From Candidatus Saccharimonadota bacterium (lineage in GTDB: Bacteria > Patescibacteriota > Saccharimonadia > Saccharimonadales > SZUA-47), in assembly GCA_016700315.1 (NCBI GenBank), contig CP065013.1:193449-257448 (forward strand): a stretch of DNA of 64,000 nucleotides. Reading direction: 5' to 3'. Position numbers and translations under genes: made by a program. Below the pieces are notes generated by a model. That model saw only the letters and a list, made by a program, of their open reading frames with translations. It ran no database searches and was not told the DNA's origin. Of this stretch, positions 9,575 through 19,978 are shown one piece after another. The first letter of the stretch is position 1; each line of letters starts with the position of its first letter.

Positions 9575-10522
9575 ATGGGTGCGATTGTTACAAGTGCTGG
9601 GCAAGTTGGTGTGCAGCGAAGATCTTATGAGCGACTTTATGTTACTGGTCGTGAGCCAGTTACCGAAGTCTGTGCGGTTATAGATACATTATCGAGGTTA
9701 GAAGGCATTGTCACTCAGCGCTCACGAGTGCCGAGGGCTGTTTTTAGGCTAATAACCAACCAAACGACCCTGGAGACGCTAGCAGCCGAAGGCCTTAGGT
9801 CTGAAGTAGCTGCACCACTGGACCACGTAGACGAAGCTGGTTCTGTCTTTGCGATGTTTGCAGTTGCTAACGCCAAGCGTTCGGAACCTCTAGTAAAAAG
9901 AGCGGACATAATCCGCCAAACTACGCCCGAAACGCTTGCGAAAACCGCTACAGCGCCAGAAGTTGATTTGAACGCATGGGGCTACCAACTGTGTAGCCAG
10001 CTTGAGACCAGCCAATTCGATAGCCTGCAAGAGCTTTGGGGTCCAACGTTTGACTGGTCAGATGAAAATATTAGTGTCCTACAGCGCCGTCTAAACGACG
10101 CAGTTAACAGTGGGCTGTGGTTTGCCGGTGTCTACCACCAAAGCGACTCGACGCAATTAGTGAGTGCCGCAATGGCAGAAATGGTCACTTTAAGAGGCAT
10201 CAGTAGAGATATACCTTTTGTAGAAAATAGCGAGTGGCGGACCCTACGCCGACACCCGGACCAAGTAAGCGGCTTGATCGTACCAGTGATCAGGCAGCTC
10301 AATCATGCTATTGTAAATGAGGTCGACCGTCCATTCATCTTTGCCGAATGTAACTACACAACTCGTGCCGATCGCCGTGGGCATCAAGCTGGAATGGTGA
10401 TCCCAAACAGGACCTATGCCGACCAAATTTTGGTACAAAACGTAGCCGTTCACGACGGCGCAGATTCTCATCTACTACGAGATTTTATATTTATGACATT
10501 AGCTGAAAACGGAAGGAGCTAA
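9575..10522 (+). CDS. hypothetical protein
   Basis: 315-aa ORF with SD AAGGAG upstream. It abuts the deacetylase gene with a 2-nt gap. No family recognised. Confidence 0.6.
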   Translation: MGAIVTSAGQVGVQRRSYERLYVTGREPVTEVCAVIDTLSRLEGIVTQRSRVPRAVFRLITNQTTLETLAAEGLRSEVAAPLDHVDEAGSVFAMFAVANAKRSEPLVKRADIIRQTTPETLAKTATAPEVDLNAWGYQLCSQLETSQFDSLQELWGPTFDWSDENISVLQRRLNDAVNSGLWFAGVYHQSDSTQLVSAAMAEMVTLRGISRDIPFVENSEWRTLRRHPDQVSGLIVPVIRQLNHAIVNEVDRPFIFAECNYTTRADRRGHQAGMVIPNRTYADQILVQNVAVHDGADSHLLRDFIFMTLAENGRS

Positions 10523-10524
10523 AC

Positions 10525-11487
10525 ATGATAGCCATATATGATAACTCACATCTTTTACATGATCCTGAATATGAAATTTATGATGGGGCAAAAATAAACT
10601 ACCCCGAAGTACCCGACAGAATCGAGACAATCAAAAATAGCCTTACTCAAGTTGATGGAGTGGAGTTTATCAGTCCCAAATCTTTCGACGACAAACTTGT
10701 GTTCGAGCTACACAGCAAACAATATGTGTCGTACCTAAAAGATACGACTAAGCAAATAGCTCCAAACCGCGACCTATACCCTTCAAACTTCATCCACGAT
10801 ACCTACGCACCGCTAACGCAGGGTACATTCACGGCTGCTCGAAAAGCTGTCGATACCGCTCTAAGAGGAGCCGAGCTAGTGGCACAAGGTGATAGCCTTG
10901 TGTACTCACTATGTCGACCACCAGGGCATCATGCTGGCGGAAACTATATGGGAGGTTACTGTTACTTCAACAACGCGGCGGCGGCGGCAAATTTCCTCAG
11001 TAAACACGGTAAAGTAGCTATATTGGACATCGATTATCATCATGGCAATGGAACGCAGGAGTTATTCTATGATCGAGACGATGTGCTTTATGTTTCTGTA
11101 CACGCCGACCCGTCGCTGAATTATCCATACAGTCACGGCTTTGAGCATGAGCGCGGCCGCGGAAAGGGGCTAGGTTACAATCAGAACTTTATTGTAGACA
11201 AAAACTGCGGTACAAAACCTTACATGGCTACTTTCCACCAAGCATTGAGTAAAATTAATGAATTTAACGCCGATTTTTTGGTTGTATCACTCGGATTTGA
11301 CGGATATCGAGACGATCCGATCGCAGGCTTCAATCTATCCTCAGAAGACTACGCATCGATCGCAAAATACATTGCCTATGTAGACTCACCCACTTTGCTC
11401 GTGCAAGAAGGTGGATACTGCGTCGAAGCACTTGGCGAACTAGCACGGGTGTTCACAAAGAATATGATGCAACACAAAAACTCATAG
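10525..11487 (+). CDS. histone deacetylase-family amidohydrolase (acetylpolyamine/acetoin-utilisation type)
   Basis: PPGHHAG and DIDYHHGNGTQ motifs are diagnostic of the arginase/deacetylase fold. Confidence 0.85.
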   Translation: MIAIYDNSHLLHDPEYEIYDGAKINYPEVPDRIETIKNSLTQVDGVEFISPKSFDDKLVFELHSKQYVSYLKDTTKQIAPNRDLYPSNFIHDTYAPLTQGTFTAARKAVDTALRGAELVAQGDSLVYSLCRPPGHHAGGNYMGGYCYFNNAAAAANFLSKHGKVAILDIDYHHGNGTQELFYDRDDVLYVSVHADPSLNYPYSHGFEHERGRGKGLGYNQNFIVDKNCGTKPYMATFHQALSKINEFNADFLVVSLGFDGYRDDPIAGFNLSSEDYASIAKYIAYVDSPTLLVQEGGYCVEALGELARVFTKNMMQHKNS

Positions 11488-11647
11488 TGAACCCCAAAAA
11501 TTTAGTTAAGCTTGGTACCACGTCGTTCAGGAGATTTCCAGGCGTGGTTAGATTTTGGCTTTACTAGCTGTAACTGAATAAGCTGGGCCTCTTCTGTGGT
11601 TCATTCGTTGATTGTAGGCTTTTTTCTCAGAAGTCTGCGATAGGAGT

Positions 11648-11842
11648 TTAGACTGCCAAGCGTTTTAGAACTTCGTAAATCACATAGGCTGGCCAGACAG
11701 CGGCTTGGAGTAATGCTAGAATAAATCCCCAAAAGCCTTCGTTGCGCTCAATAAAGTACACGAGCGCTCCGATATAGGCCACAAACAGAGCCCAACTCCA
11801 TGGGTTGTCTACTTTAACTTTCATTTTTTCTTTTGCCATCAT
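11648..11842 (-). CDS. small two-TM membrane protein
   Basis: 64 aa with two hydrophobic helices and a strong SD (AAGGAGG) upstream of ATGATG. Confidence 0.55.
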   Translation of the reverse strand: MMAKEKMKVKVDNPWSWALFVAYIGALVYFIERNEGFWGFILALLQAAVWPAYVIYEVLKRLAV

Positions 11843-11936
11843 GCCTCCTTATATACTTATTGTACTTCAAATGCTTTAGGGATATGTGCTTAAGAAATTT
11901 TATTTTTTTTCATGAATAATTTATAATCCAATCATT

Positions 11937-12314
11937 ATGCCCACAGGTAGTAGTGAAGAATGGTTTGCAGAAGAAGAATCTTTGAGGGCCTGGGCTGCAG
12001 AAATGGGTACTGACTATGAGATTGGTACTCAAGGCACTGTTGGTGGCCAACCGATATCTGAAATGGGCAACAGCAGGATAGAAGGCTTTCTAGGAAGAGC
12101 GGCGTCAAGGCTACGAGAACTTGGTGATTTACCGGCTATAGTCAACGATGATGAACGCCGATTGCATATAACCCCCGATCAACTGCATACTATGACAGAT
12201 GATGAAAAAGATAAGTGGCTACTTGATGCACTAAACTGGCTAATCGAAAATCCGAGCGCAATAATAAACAATCTGTTTGACGTCTTACAGGACCCGAGAG
12301 ATGAGGCAGTTTAA
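11937..12314 (+). CDS. hypothetical protein
   Basis: 125-aa acidic ORF. No family recognised. Confidence 0.45.
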   Translation: MPTGSSEEWFAEEESLRAWAAEMGTDYEIGTQGTVGGQPISEMGNSRIEGFLGRAASRLRELGDLPAIVNDDERRLHITPDQLHTMTDDEKDKWLLDALNWLIENPSAIINNLFDVLQDPRDEAV

Positions 12315-12659
12315 TACAGAACTTTCAGCTAAGAAAACCATTATTAGATCGCATAATGATTACCCCTACAAAGACGGGTTTACTTTGGGGCTCTTATAGG
12401 CCAATATTGCAGGAAGAGCAGCCAACACGAGCCTACTGTTTGAATTTTCTCGTGATATTATCTTCGAGGAATTTTAGGGATGAGATCCGCAACGCTTATC
12501 GTTTCGACAACTCTAAGCTCTGGAGCTTCCTCAGGAGTAACAATAGGACGCAGGATACCATCAAACATATACCTGATTCTAGCTACGTCTGTTTCACGTA
12601 AGCCACGCGCCCTAATACCCTCACTTGCTGTTGAATAATCTAGCCTAAACTTAAATCTG

Positions 12660-13709
12660 AAGTGCAACACCTACTTCTTTTGCTAGTATTCTTGGTTATG
12701 AAGAAGTATGAACATATAACAAGGTATGAGCGTTTAGAAATTGGTATCTTGTTTCGAAAAAAATATTCAGTTCGTGAAATTGCAGTGGAACTAGGCAGAA
12801 GCCCAAGTAGCATATCCAGGGAGATACGCATCAACTCAGTGCGTGGAGTTTATTCAGGTAAGAAAGCTCATCACAAATCTTATGTGCGTCGTAAGTACGC
12901 AAAGTACCAAGCAATGCGTATAATTCAGGATATGAAACTTCGGGAATATATCGACACACACTTACGTCTTGCTTGGTCACCAGAACAGATAGCCGGAAGA
13001 CTAGCCTACGAAGCTGGGTTCGAGCCCGTATCTGCACCTACTATCTACAAATACATTCGCAGTCCTCATGGTAGACAGCTAGAATACGAGCTAAGCCTAG
13101 CCAAAAATAAGCGCACCAGGAAGAGTCAACGTAAAATAACTACCCTAGGAGACCGTATCTTCATAGATAAGCGTCCGCAGGCAGCTAACGTGAGAGCTCA
13201 GTATGGTCACTGGGAAGGAGATTTCATAGTTGGAGGCAAGAAGTATCCAAAGACATCACTCCTGGTACTTCACGAAAGGGTTAGTAGATATACCTACATC
13301 CGAAAGATCAGTGCCAGAACAGCAAAACAAGTTGAAGATACGTTAGCGGAAGCCGTGAGTAAACTAGGACCGTTCAAGAGCCTGACACTAGACAACGACA
13401 TAGCGTTCAGAAGACACTTGGACCTAAGTAAATCATTGAACGCGCCAATATATTTCTGCCAACCCTACCACTCATGGGAGAAAGGTGGTGTTGAGAACGC
13501 TAATAGGCTTATTCGAAGATTTGTACCAAAAGGTTGTAACATAGCGAGGTTTACGTACAAAGATATAGCTTACATTGAAAACTGGATTAATACGGTTCCG
13601 AGGCAAATACTAGGATTTAAAACAGCAACTGAAGTAATGAATGACTACAAAAAGGAGGCAATGAATGAGCTACTACAAACCTGAATTAAAAAACCCAAGT
13701 GTTGCACTT
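12660..13709 (+). mobile_element. IS30-family insertion sequence (boundaries approximate)
   Basis: Single transposase ORF flanked by an 11-bp inverted match, AAGTGCAACAC (12660-12670) versus GTGTTGCACTT (13699-13709). Longer IRs and a target duplication could not be resolved by eye. Confidence 0.6.
12698..13684 (+). CDS. IS30-family DDE transposase
   Basis: N-terminal HTH (ITRYERLEIG...SVREIA), WEGDFIVG, LTLDNDIAF and HSWEKGGVENANRLIRRFVPKG are typical of IS30. The frame is intact. Confidence 0.9.
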   Translation: MKKYEHITRYERLEIGILFRKKYSVREIAVELGRSPSSISREIRINSVRGVYSGKKAHHKSYVRRKYAKYQAMRIIQDMKLREYIDTHLRLAWSPEQIAGRLAYEAGFEPVSAPTIYKYIRSPHGRQLEYELSLAKNKRTRKSQRKITTLGDRIFIDKRPQAANVRAQYGHWEGDFIVGGKKYPKTSLLVLHERVSRYTYIRKISARTAKQVEDTLAEAVSKLGPFKSLTLDNDIAFRRHLDLSKSLNAPIYFCQPYHSWEKGGVENANRLIRRFVPKGCNIARFTYKDIAYIENWINTVPRQILGFKTATEVMNDYKKEAMNELLQT

Positions 13710-13831
13710 GGGGGTTTCGGGCAGGTAGACTCATAATAATCTATTATATCATACTCGTCAAGTATTTGCATCCAGGTCTCGCTTCAGGGGAGAACAGCCC
13801 GACAAAAGTCACGTCTTTTTGCCGGCGCGTT

Positions 13832-13880
13832 AGGTGGGGACGTTCCCCACCTAAAAGCAAAAAGCCAGCTTTCGCTGGCT
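13832..13880 (-). terminator. tandem hairpins ending the 23S-5S unit
   Basis: On the minus strand, AGCCAGC-GAAA-GCTGGCT is followed by TTTTT (13859-13880). A second hairpin, AGGTGGGGA-ACG-TCCCCACCT, lies at 13832-13852. Confidence 0.65.
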
Positions 13881-13892
13881 TTTGTGCAAAAA

Positions 13893-14001
13893 TCGGCACC
13901 GTGCTATTTTCCCAGGAAAATCCTAGTATAGTAACCGCTACGAGGCTTAACTGCTGTGTTCGGTATGGGAACAGGTGTTTCCCTCGCGCCATGGGCACCG
14001 A
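13893..14001 (-). rRNA. rrf: 5S rRNA
   Basis: The reverse complement contains CCCATACCGAACACAGCAGTTAAGC and CCTGGGAA. The termini pair (TCGGTGCC/GGTGCCGA, with G-U pairs). Confidence 0.85.
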
Positions 14002-14024
14002 CTTCTTGCCACTGGCAAGAAGTA

Positions 14025-14094
14025 GAATGAGGAATGAGGAATGAGGAATGAGGAAATTAATCCATCGTTCTTCGTTCTCCGTTCTTCGTTCCAC
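14025..14094. repeat. heptamer runs in the 23S-5S spacer
   Basis: GAATGAG x4 followed by GTTCTTC/GTTCTCC/GTTCTTC-type 7-mers. Confidence 0.8.
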
Positions 14095-14555
14095 TTTTCG
14101 CCTAGCGAAAAGTATCGATGTCCATTTCTGGACGGTGAGTGTCAATTTGTTAAATAACAACGGTTCGGATCGCTTGATACGAACCAATAACTAGTCGAAT
14201 GATGCACCTTCACTATCAAAGAGCCAAACCCAAGCAAATGGATTTATCTCCTTGATCTTAGAAAGTCAATGGCCCTATTAGTACGCTTCGGCTGAAAACA
14301 TTACTGCTCTTACACCTTGCGCCTATCAACCTGATCGTCTTTCAGGGGGCTCCATGGGGAAAACTAATCTTGAGGTCAGTTTCGCGCTTAATATGCTTTC
14401 AGCGCTTATCTGCTCCGCACGTAGCTACCCAACAATGCAAGTTGATCTCACAATTGGTACACCAGCGGTGCGTCCATCTCGGTCCTCTCGTACTAGAGAC
14501 AGATCCTCTCAATTTTCCTAGCGTCCACAGCGGATATAAACCGAACTGTCTCACG

Positions 14556-15336
14556 CGTGTCATCAAAAGGGCGTTCTATTCCTTTCAAATCATCCGCCAT
14601 TACTGGCGGCACGGACTATATCTTCATCCTTAACCTGTTTAGTATTAGTTAAGGCGCTGACGTTTTATGGCCGCTCGTTAAAGCAACCATCCTAGATGAA
14701 GTGGTCTAACATTCATCTAAAGTCTCTACGGGGAAAAGTCTATTGTCGTTCAAGTAGCGTTTCAGGGTTTCAGACGTATTGGTTCGCTTCTTTGAATAAT
14801 TAAATTCTGCGGTTTTATCAACCAGTGAAGCGAGCCGAAGCAACTTCTTAGCTGTCATCTTCTTAGGATGAAGACTAATTAGTCGCAAGACTTCTGAAGC
14901 TAAACGTTTCTTTAGACGAAGTTTTGGATAAAGTAGCTTTAATACTTTTTCTACTTCATTCAAGCCCACGATGGTGTATTCGACCATGCCGTCATTACGG
15001 CTGCGAATGTAACCGAACTGGAGCTGCTCTTTTAACCAAAAGAGTATTTCTTGGTGGCTGTGCTTTTGATAAAACACAATACTAACTCGAATCTGATAAC
15101 CAAGCCTATAGTCCTTACGGGCTACCAGTTGGGCCATGATCGAGCCGTCACCATCTAGAAATCCGGCAATATATGCCGCTACTTCGTCAGACATTTTCCT
15201 AATCTTCCCTCGGTATTGCCCTTCTCATCGTTCGGAATGAGATTCGGGTTTCACCGATTTCAGTCAGATTTAGTATCATTAGTGCGATGTACACTGATAC
15301 TTTACTACTTTACAGTAGTAGAACGCAATGTAATTT
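14556..15336 (-). mobile_element. group I-like intron in 23S rRNA encoding a homing endonuclease
   Basis: It interrupts GGGTTCAGAACGT | CGTGAGACAGTTCGG. The 5' exon ends in U and the insert ends in G (...GATGACACG). Confidence 0.75.
14706..15194 (-). CDS. LAGLIDADG homing endonuclease (single-motif type)
   Basis: 162 aa with the motif YIAGFLDGDGSI, located entirely inside the 23S insertion. Confidence 0.85.
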   Translation of the reverse strand: MSDEVAAYIAGFLDGDGSIMAQLVARKDYRLGYQIRVSIVFYQKHSHQEILFWLKEQLQFGYIRSRNDGMVEYTIVGLNEVEKVLKLLYPKLRLKKRLASEVLRLISLHPKKMTAKKLLRLASLVDKTAEFNYSKKRTNTSETLKRYLNDNRLFPVETLDEC

Positions 15337-15405
15337 ACGTTCTGAACCCAGCTCACGTACCACTTTAACCGGCGAACAGCCGGACCCTTGGAAGGTGCTC
15401 CCCCT

Positions 15406-15441
<36 letters not shown>

Positions 15442-18400
15442 GCATCGTCTATGTGAACTATTGGATGCGATAAGCCTGTTATCCCTAGGGTAACTTTTAT
15501 CCGTTTGCGCTGTCGATACCACAATCATAAACCATGAATGGTTAATACAGCGGGTCACTTACTCCCACTTTCGTGTCTGATCGGCTTGTTGGCCTCACAG
15601 TCAAGCTAGCTTCTGCGTATGCACTATCAGTACGATTTCCATCCGTACTTAGCTAACCTTTGAACGCCTCCGGTACTCTTTAGGAGGCAACCGCCCCAGT
15701 TAAACTACCCACCAGACACTGTCTGCATCCCTGCACCTTTGTCCAACGAAATCCTTACTCTCTTTCCCGCGAAGGGAAAAGAGCAGCCCACAAAACGGAT
15801 TTACTCCGTTTTCCGGCGCGATGAGAAAAACCGCAAGGTTTGTCTCATAAGGCGTTAGCCAAAAATGAAGGGACACGTAAGAATAAAACTACAATAAGGC
15901 TGGTATTTCACATTGCGACTCCACCTAGACTAGCGTCTAAGCTTCAAAGTCTCCCAGCTATGCTACACATATTGCAGCTCGATTCAATGTCAAGCTGTAG
16001 TAAAGCTCCATAGGGTCTTCTCGTCCTGCTGCGGACAGACGGCATCTTTACCGTCAATGCACGTTCACCGAGCTCTTCGTTGAGACAGTACCCATATCAT
16101 TACTCCATTCGTGCGGGTCAGAACTTACCTGACAAGGAATTTCGCTACCTTAGGACGGTTATAGTTACCGCCGCCGTTCACTGGGGCTTCAGTTCAGACC
16201 GTGAAGTCATCCCCTTAACCTTCCAGCACCGGGCAGGAGTCAGCCCCTATACATCCACTTTCGTGTTAGCAGAGACCTGTGTTTTTGGTAAACAGTTGCA
16301 TGGGTTCTTTAGCTGCGGCCCCATCACAATACTCATAAAAGCATGTGAAAGGCGCTCTAAAGCTTTCTTTCTCATTTCCGCTATTCGCCGGCTGGCGAAG
16401 GCGGAGCTCGCTCCTTGCATAGAAGCCGTTACTAAAAGCTTCGTTGCAAGTTTTTGTTAAAAGAAAACTCATAAAGGCAAGTCACAACGTTTACAAACAT
16501 TGTGATGGGGCAGACCTTATCCCGAAGTTACGGTCGCTGTATTGCCGAGTTCCTTAACGAAGAATCACTCGTACACCTTGGTCTTCTCGACCTGAGCACC
16601 TGTGTCGGTTTGCGGTACGGACGGCGTTACCCACGCGTTTATAGACTTTTCTGGTCAGCACCTTTACAAGAATTCGTTTTATACAAACGTTTCATTCGTA
16701 CGCATTGCTCGTACTTAGACGGATATATCAATAGTCCGCTCTTGCTAATATGCCGCGCTCTATAAACAAAGTAACACCGGTACAGGAATATTAACCTGTT
16801 GTCCATCGCCTACGCTACGCGCCTCGGCTTAGGACCGACTAACCCTGGGACGATTACCGTGGCCCAGGAAACCTTGCTCTTTCGGTGGGCAGGATTCTCA
16901 CCTGCCTTATGGTTACTAATTCCAGCATTCTCACTTCCTAACGCTCCACCGAACCTCGCGGTTCGACTTCACAGCAAGATAGGAACGCTCCTCTACCGCT
17001 CACGTATAAATACGCAAGCCCATATCGTCGGTCATATGCTTAAGCCCCGTTACATTTTCCGCGCAAGATCTCTTGATGAGTGAGCTGTTACGCACTCTTT
17101 AAATGAATGGCTGCTTCTAAGCCAACATCCTCATTGTTTAAGAAATCTCACCTCGTTTCCCACTGAGCATATAGTTAGGGACCTTAGATGATGGTCTGGG
17201 CTGTTTCCCTTTTGAGCGACGAGCTTAGCCCCGCCGTTCTGACTGCCGTAGTTCCACACTTAGTATTCGTAGTTTGTCAAGGGTGGGTAGTCTTGCGACC
17301 CCCAGTCCGAAACAGAGCTCTACCCCTAAGTGCTACCGTACGACGCTAGCCCTAAAGCTATTTCGAGGAGAACCAGCTATCTCCGAGTTCGATTGGCATT
17401 TCACCTCTAACCACAAGTCATCCGGGCGTGTTGCAACTCGCTACGGTTCGGCCCTCCACGTCGTTTTACCGACGCTTCAGCCTGCTCATGGTTAGGTCAC
17501 CCGGTTTCGGGTCTAATCGTTACAATTAATGTCGCCCTATTCAGGCTCGCTTTCACTGCGCCTCCGTCAAATGACTTAGGCTCACTGCAACGATTAACTC
17601 GCTGGATCGTTCTACAAAAAGCACGCAGTCACCCCGTACTAGACTTTTGATTGCTTTGTCAGGCAAAGCCTATCGTCTACCAAAAGCAGACGTATCAAAA
17701 GCTCAGTACGGGGCTCCTACTCCTTGTACGCATATAATTTCAGGTTCTATTTCACTCCCCTTCCGGGGTTCTTTTCGCCTTTCCCTCGCGGTACTAGTTC
17801 TCTATCGATCACAAATTATATTTAGCCTTGGGACGTGGACGTCCCAGATTCAACCAAGGTTTCCCGTGTCTCGGCCTACTCGACAACATAAATGATAAGG
17901 GTGCGACCCTTGGTATACCGGACTATCACCGTCTTTGGTACAGCTTTCCAGCTGTTTCTACTCGGTCCGCACTTTGTAACCTTACGCTAACTCGTGACAG
18001 CGTTAGCTGGACCAAGCCTAAGTCCCGTCAAAGACGGAGCCTAAACTTGGTTAATTTATGTGTCACAACCCCATTTCAAATCTTCGTCTGTCAACTTATC
18101 CGTCTGAATTAACAGACGGAAACTTGAAAGGTTTGGGCTGATCCCCGTTCGCTCGCCACTACTAGGAGAATCGTTGTTTACTTTCTATTCCTCGCCCTAC
18201 TTAGATGTTTCAGTTCAGGCGGTTACCTCTTATCAGCCTATGAATTCAGCTGAAAAGTAACTAGACATGACTCTAGCTGGGTTTCCCCATTCGGAAATCT
18301 TCGGTTCAAAGTTTGTGAGGCAACTCCCCGAAGCTTATCGCAGCCTTCTACGTCCTTTATCGGTAATTTGTGTCAAGGCATTCGTTATATGCGCTTTAGT

Positions 18401-18844
18401 AACTTTCTAAAATATGAGACGCCCGCAAGCGGGTTTCTAATCGCGCCAAGCTTGAAATAAATTCGAGCTTGGGCTGCTCTTCCCGAAGAAAAAGCAAGCG
18501 ACAAGAAGTCTCACATGTAAATTTCTGTGCATCTCTTGTATCGTCTGACGACCTCGAAGGCTGGCAAACGACCAAGAATTCGACTAGTTATTGGTTAATA
18601 CCATTATTACTCAATAACTTGTCATTATTTAACTGCGTAACTCACGCCACGGCTCTATCAATGTGGCAGTTGAGTTACAAATTGACGTTCCGAATTTTTA
18701 AGTTGCGAAACTCGAGCTAGCCCGACAAGCCTTTTTGGGGCCTATCCTACTTGCAGGTTGAGTTTACGATAAAAAGTTCGATATCGGCTTAAGGAGCTGA
18801 TTTTAATCGATTGCTTTTCGACCTAAACTCAAAAGTGCTCTATC

Positions 18845-18873
18845 ATCTTAGCAATTTTTATAGAGGTAGTCAA
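18845..18873 (-). promoter_or_regulatory. candidate sigma-70-type promoter for the 23S-5S unit
   Basis: The minus strand reads TTGACT-17 nt-TAAGAT, about 435 nt upstream of the 23S 5' end. Confidence 0.35.
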
Positions 18874-19005
18874 GCACCAACTGTAGTAATTCTTGCAACG
18901 CTATTTTATCTAGAGCCCGCCTGCTGGCAGTACGTTATACGGCAGCGTTTTTATCTAAGTTATCCAAAAAATATATAATACTTTCTTGTACTAGGCCTTT
19001 TCGGT

Positions 19006-19034
19006 TTGTAAAAAAGGTATTTTTTAGTTAAAAT
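19006..19034 (+). promoter_or_regulatory. candidate promoter for tRNA-Ala/tRNA-Ile
   Basis: TTGTAA-17 nt-TAAAAT, with the -10 ending 16 nt before tRNA-Ala. Confidence 0.4.
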
Positions 19035-19050
19035 ACATCGGTAGTATTTA

Positions 19051-19127
19051 GGGGCGATAGCTCAGTTGGCTAGAGCACCTGCTTTGCAAGCAGGGGGTCC
19101 GGGGTTCGAATCCCCGTCGCTCCACCA
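19051..19127 (+). tRNA. tRNA-Ala(TGC)
   Basis: Cloverleaf folded by hand: GGGGCGA acceptor, anticodon loop CTTTGCAAG, T-loop GGTTCGAATCC, encoded CCA. Confidence 0.9.
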
Positions 19128-19205
19128 AATACTCAAGCTACTAGCTTTAGCAGTTATAATTAATCACTGCAAACGTAGGTTAATAATCAATAAAACTTGG
19201 TGGAT

Positions 19206-19282
19206 GGGCGATTAGCTCAGCTGGTTAGAGCGCGTCACTGATAATGACGAGGTCGGTGGTTCAAGTCCTCCATCGCCCACCA
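19206..19282 (+). tRNA. tRNA-Ile(GAT)
   Basis: GGGCGAT acceptor, anticodon loop CTGATAA, T-loop GGTTCAAGTCC, encoded CCA. Confidence 0.9.
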
Positions 19283-19436
19283 GCCAAGTTTTATTAACTC
19301 GTTTTTATGACTAGCGGAAACAATGAGATCAGTGTTATTGCTAAATGATTAAGGAATTTTACTAAGCCCACCGGGCACAGTTTGATAGTCTACAGAGCAA
19401 AAAGTGAAAACCCACCAAATAATCGGCTTTTTTGCC

Positions 19437-19625
19437 TCAACAATCGTGTTTGTCAGGTCGTACAATCATAAAATAATAGCCGAGCCAACCAAAAGGCCCC
19501 AGCAGTAGTGACATTACAAACCAAGACGAAGCAGCCTTGAGTCTTCGTTTCCACGCGCTTTTCAGTACCAAGAAAGCGATAATAATATTTACTATAGGAA
19601 CATAGGTATAAATACTGTCATTCAT
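19437..19625 (-). CDS. small two-TM membrane protein (hypothetical)
   Basis: 62-aa ORF with two hydrophobic segments, between the 16S terminator and the tRNAs. No family recognised. Confidence 0.35.
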   Translation of the reverse strand: MNDSIYTYVPIVNIIIAFLVLKSAWKRRLKAASSWFVMSLLLGPFGWLGYYFMIVRPDKHDC

Positions 19626-19672
19626 AAGAACAGAATAGCACTATTTCTCCAGAAGAATGAATAACAAAACGT

Positions 19673-19699
19673 AAAAAACGCCGCTCAAAAAGAGCGGCA
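19673..19699 (-). terminator. rho-independent terminator just after 16S
   Basis: The minus strand reads GCCGCTC-TTTTT-GAGCGGC followed by GTTTTTT, about 150 nt past the 16S 3' end. Confidence 0.65.
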
Positions 19700-19978
19700 C
19701 TGAGTTTAAAAATTGAGTTGTGAACGTCAACGATTACTCATGGTTCCTCATAGATTCTTGGCCGAGTTATTGCCAAAAATCGAGGATCGCCTGGCTACCA
19801 TCAATGTTCAATTGAGACACTGATAGCGCCTGATTTCTCCCTAGAAAGGAGGTAATCCATCCGCACCTTCCGGTACGGATACCTTGTTACGACTTAACCC
19901 CAATCATCCCCCCTACCTTAGGCCGAAGCAAAGTTCAGACGTCAGGTATTGGTGACTTTCATGGCTTGACGGGCGGTG

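Noticed and set aside
12356-12670. Overlapping ORFs 12356-12601 (+) and 12458-12670 (-)
   Set aside because: Neither has a recognisable motif or a good SD. The minus-strand ORF starts inside the IS30 end. I could not decide which, if either, is real.
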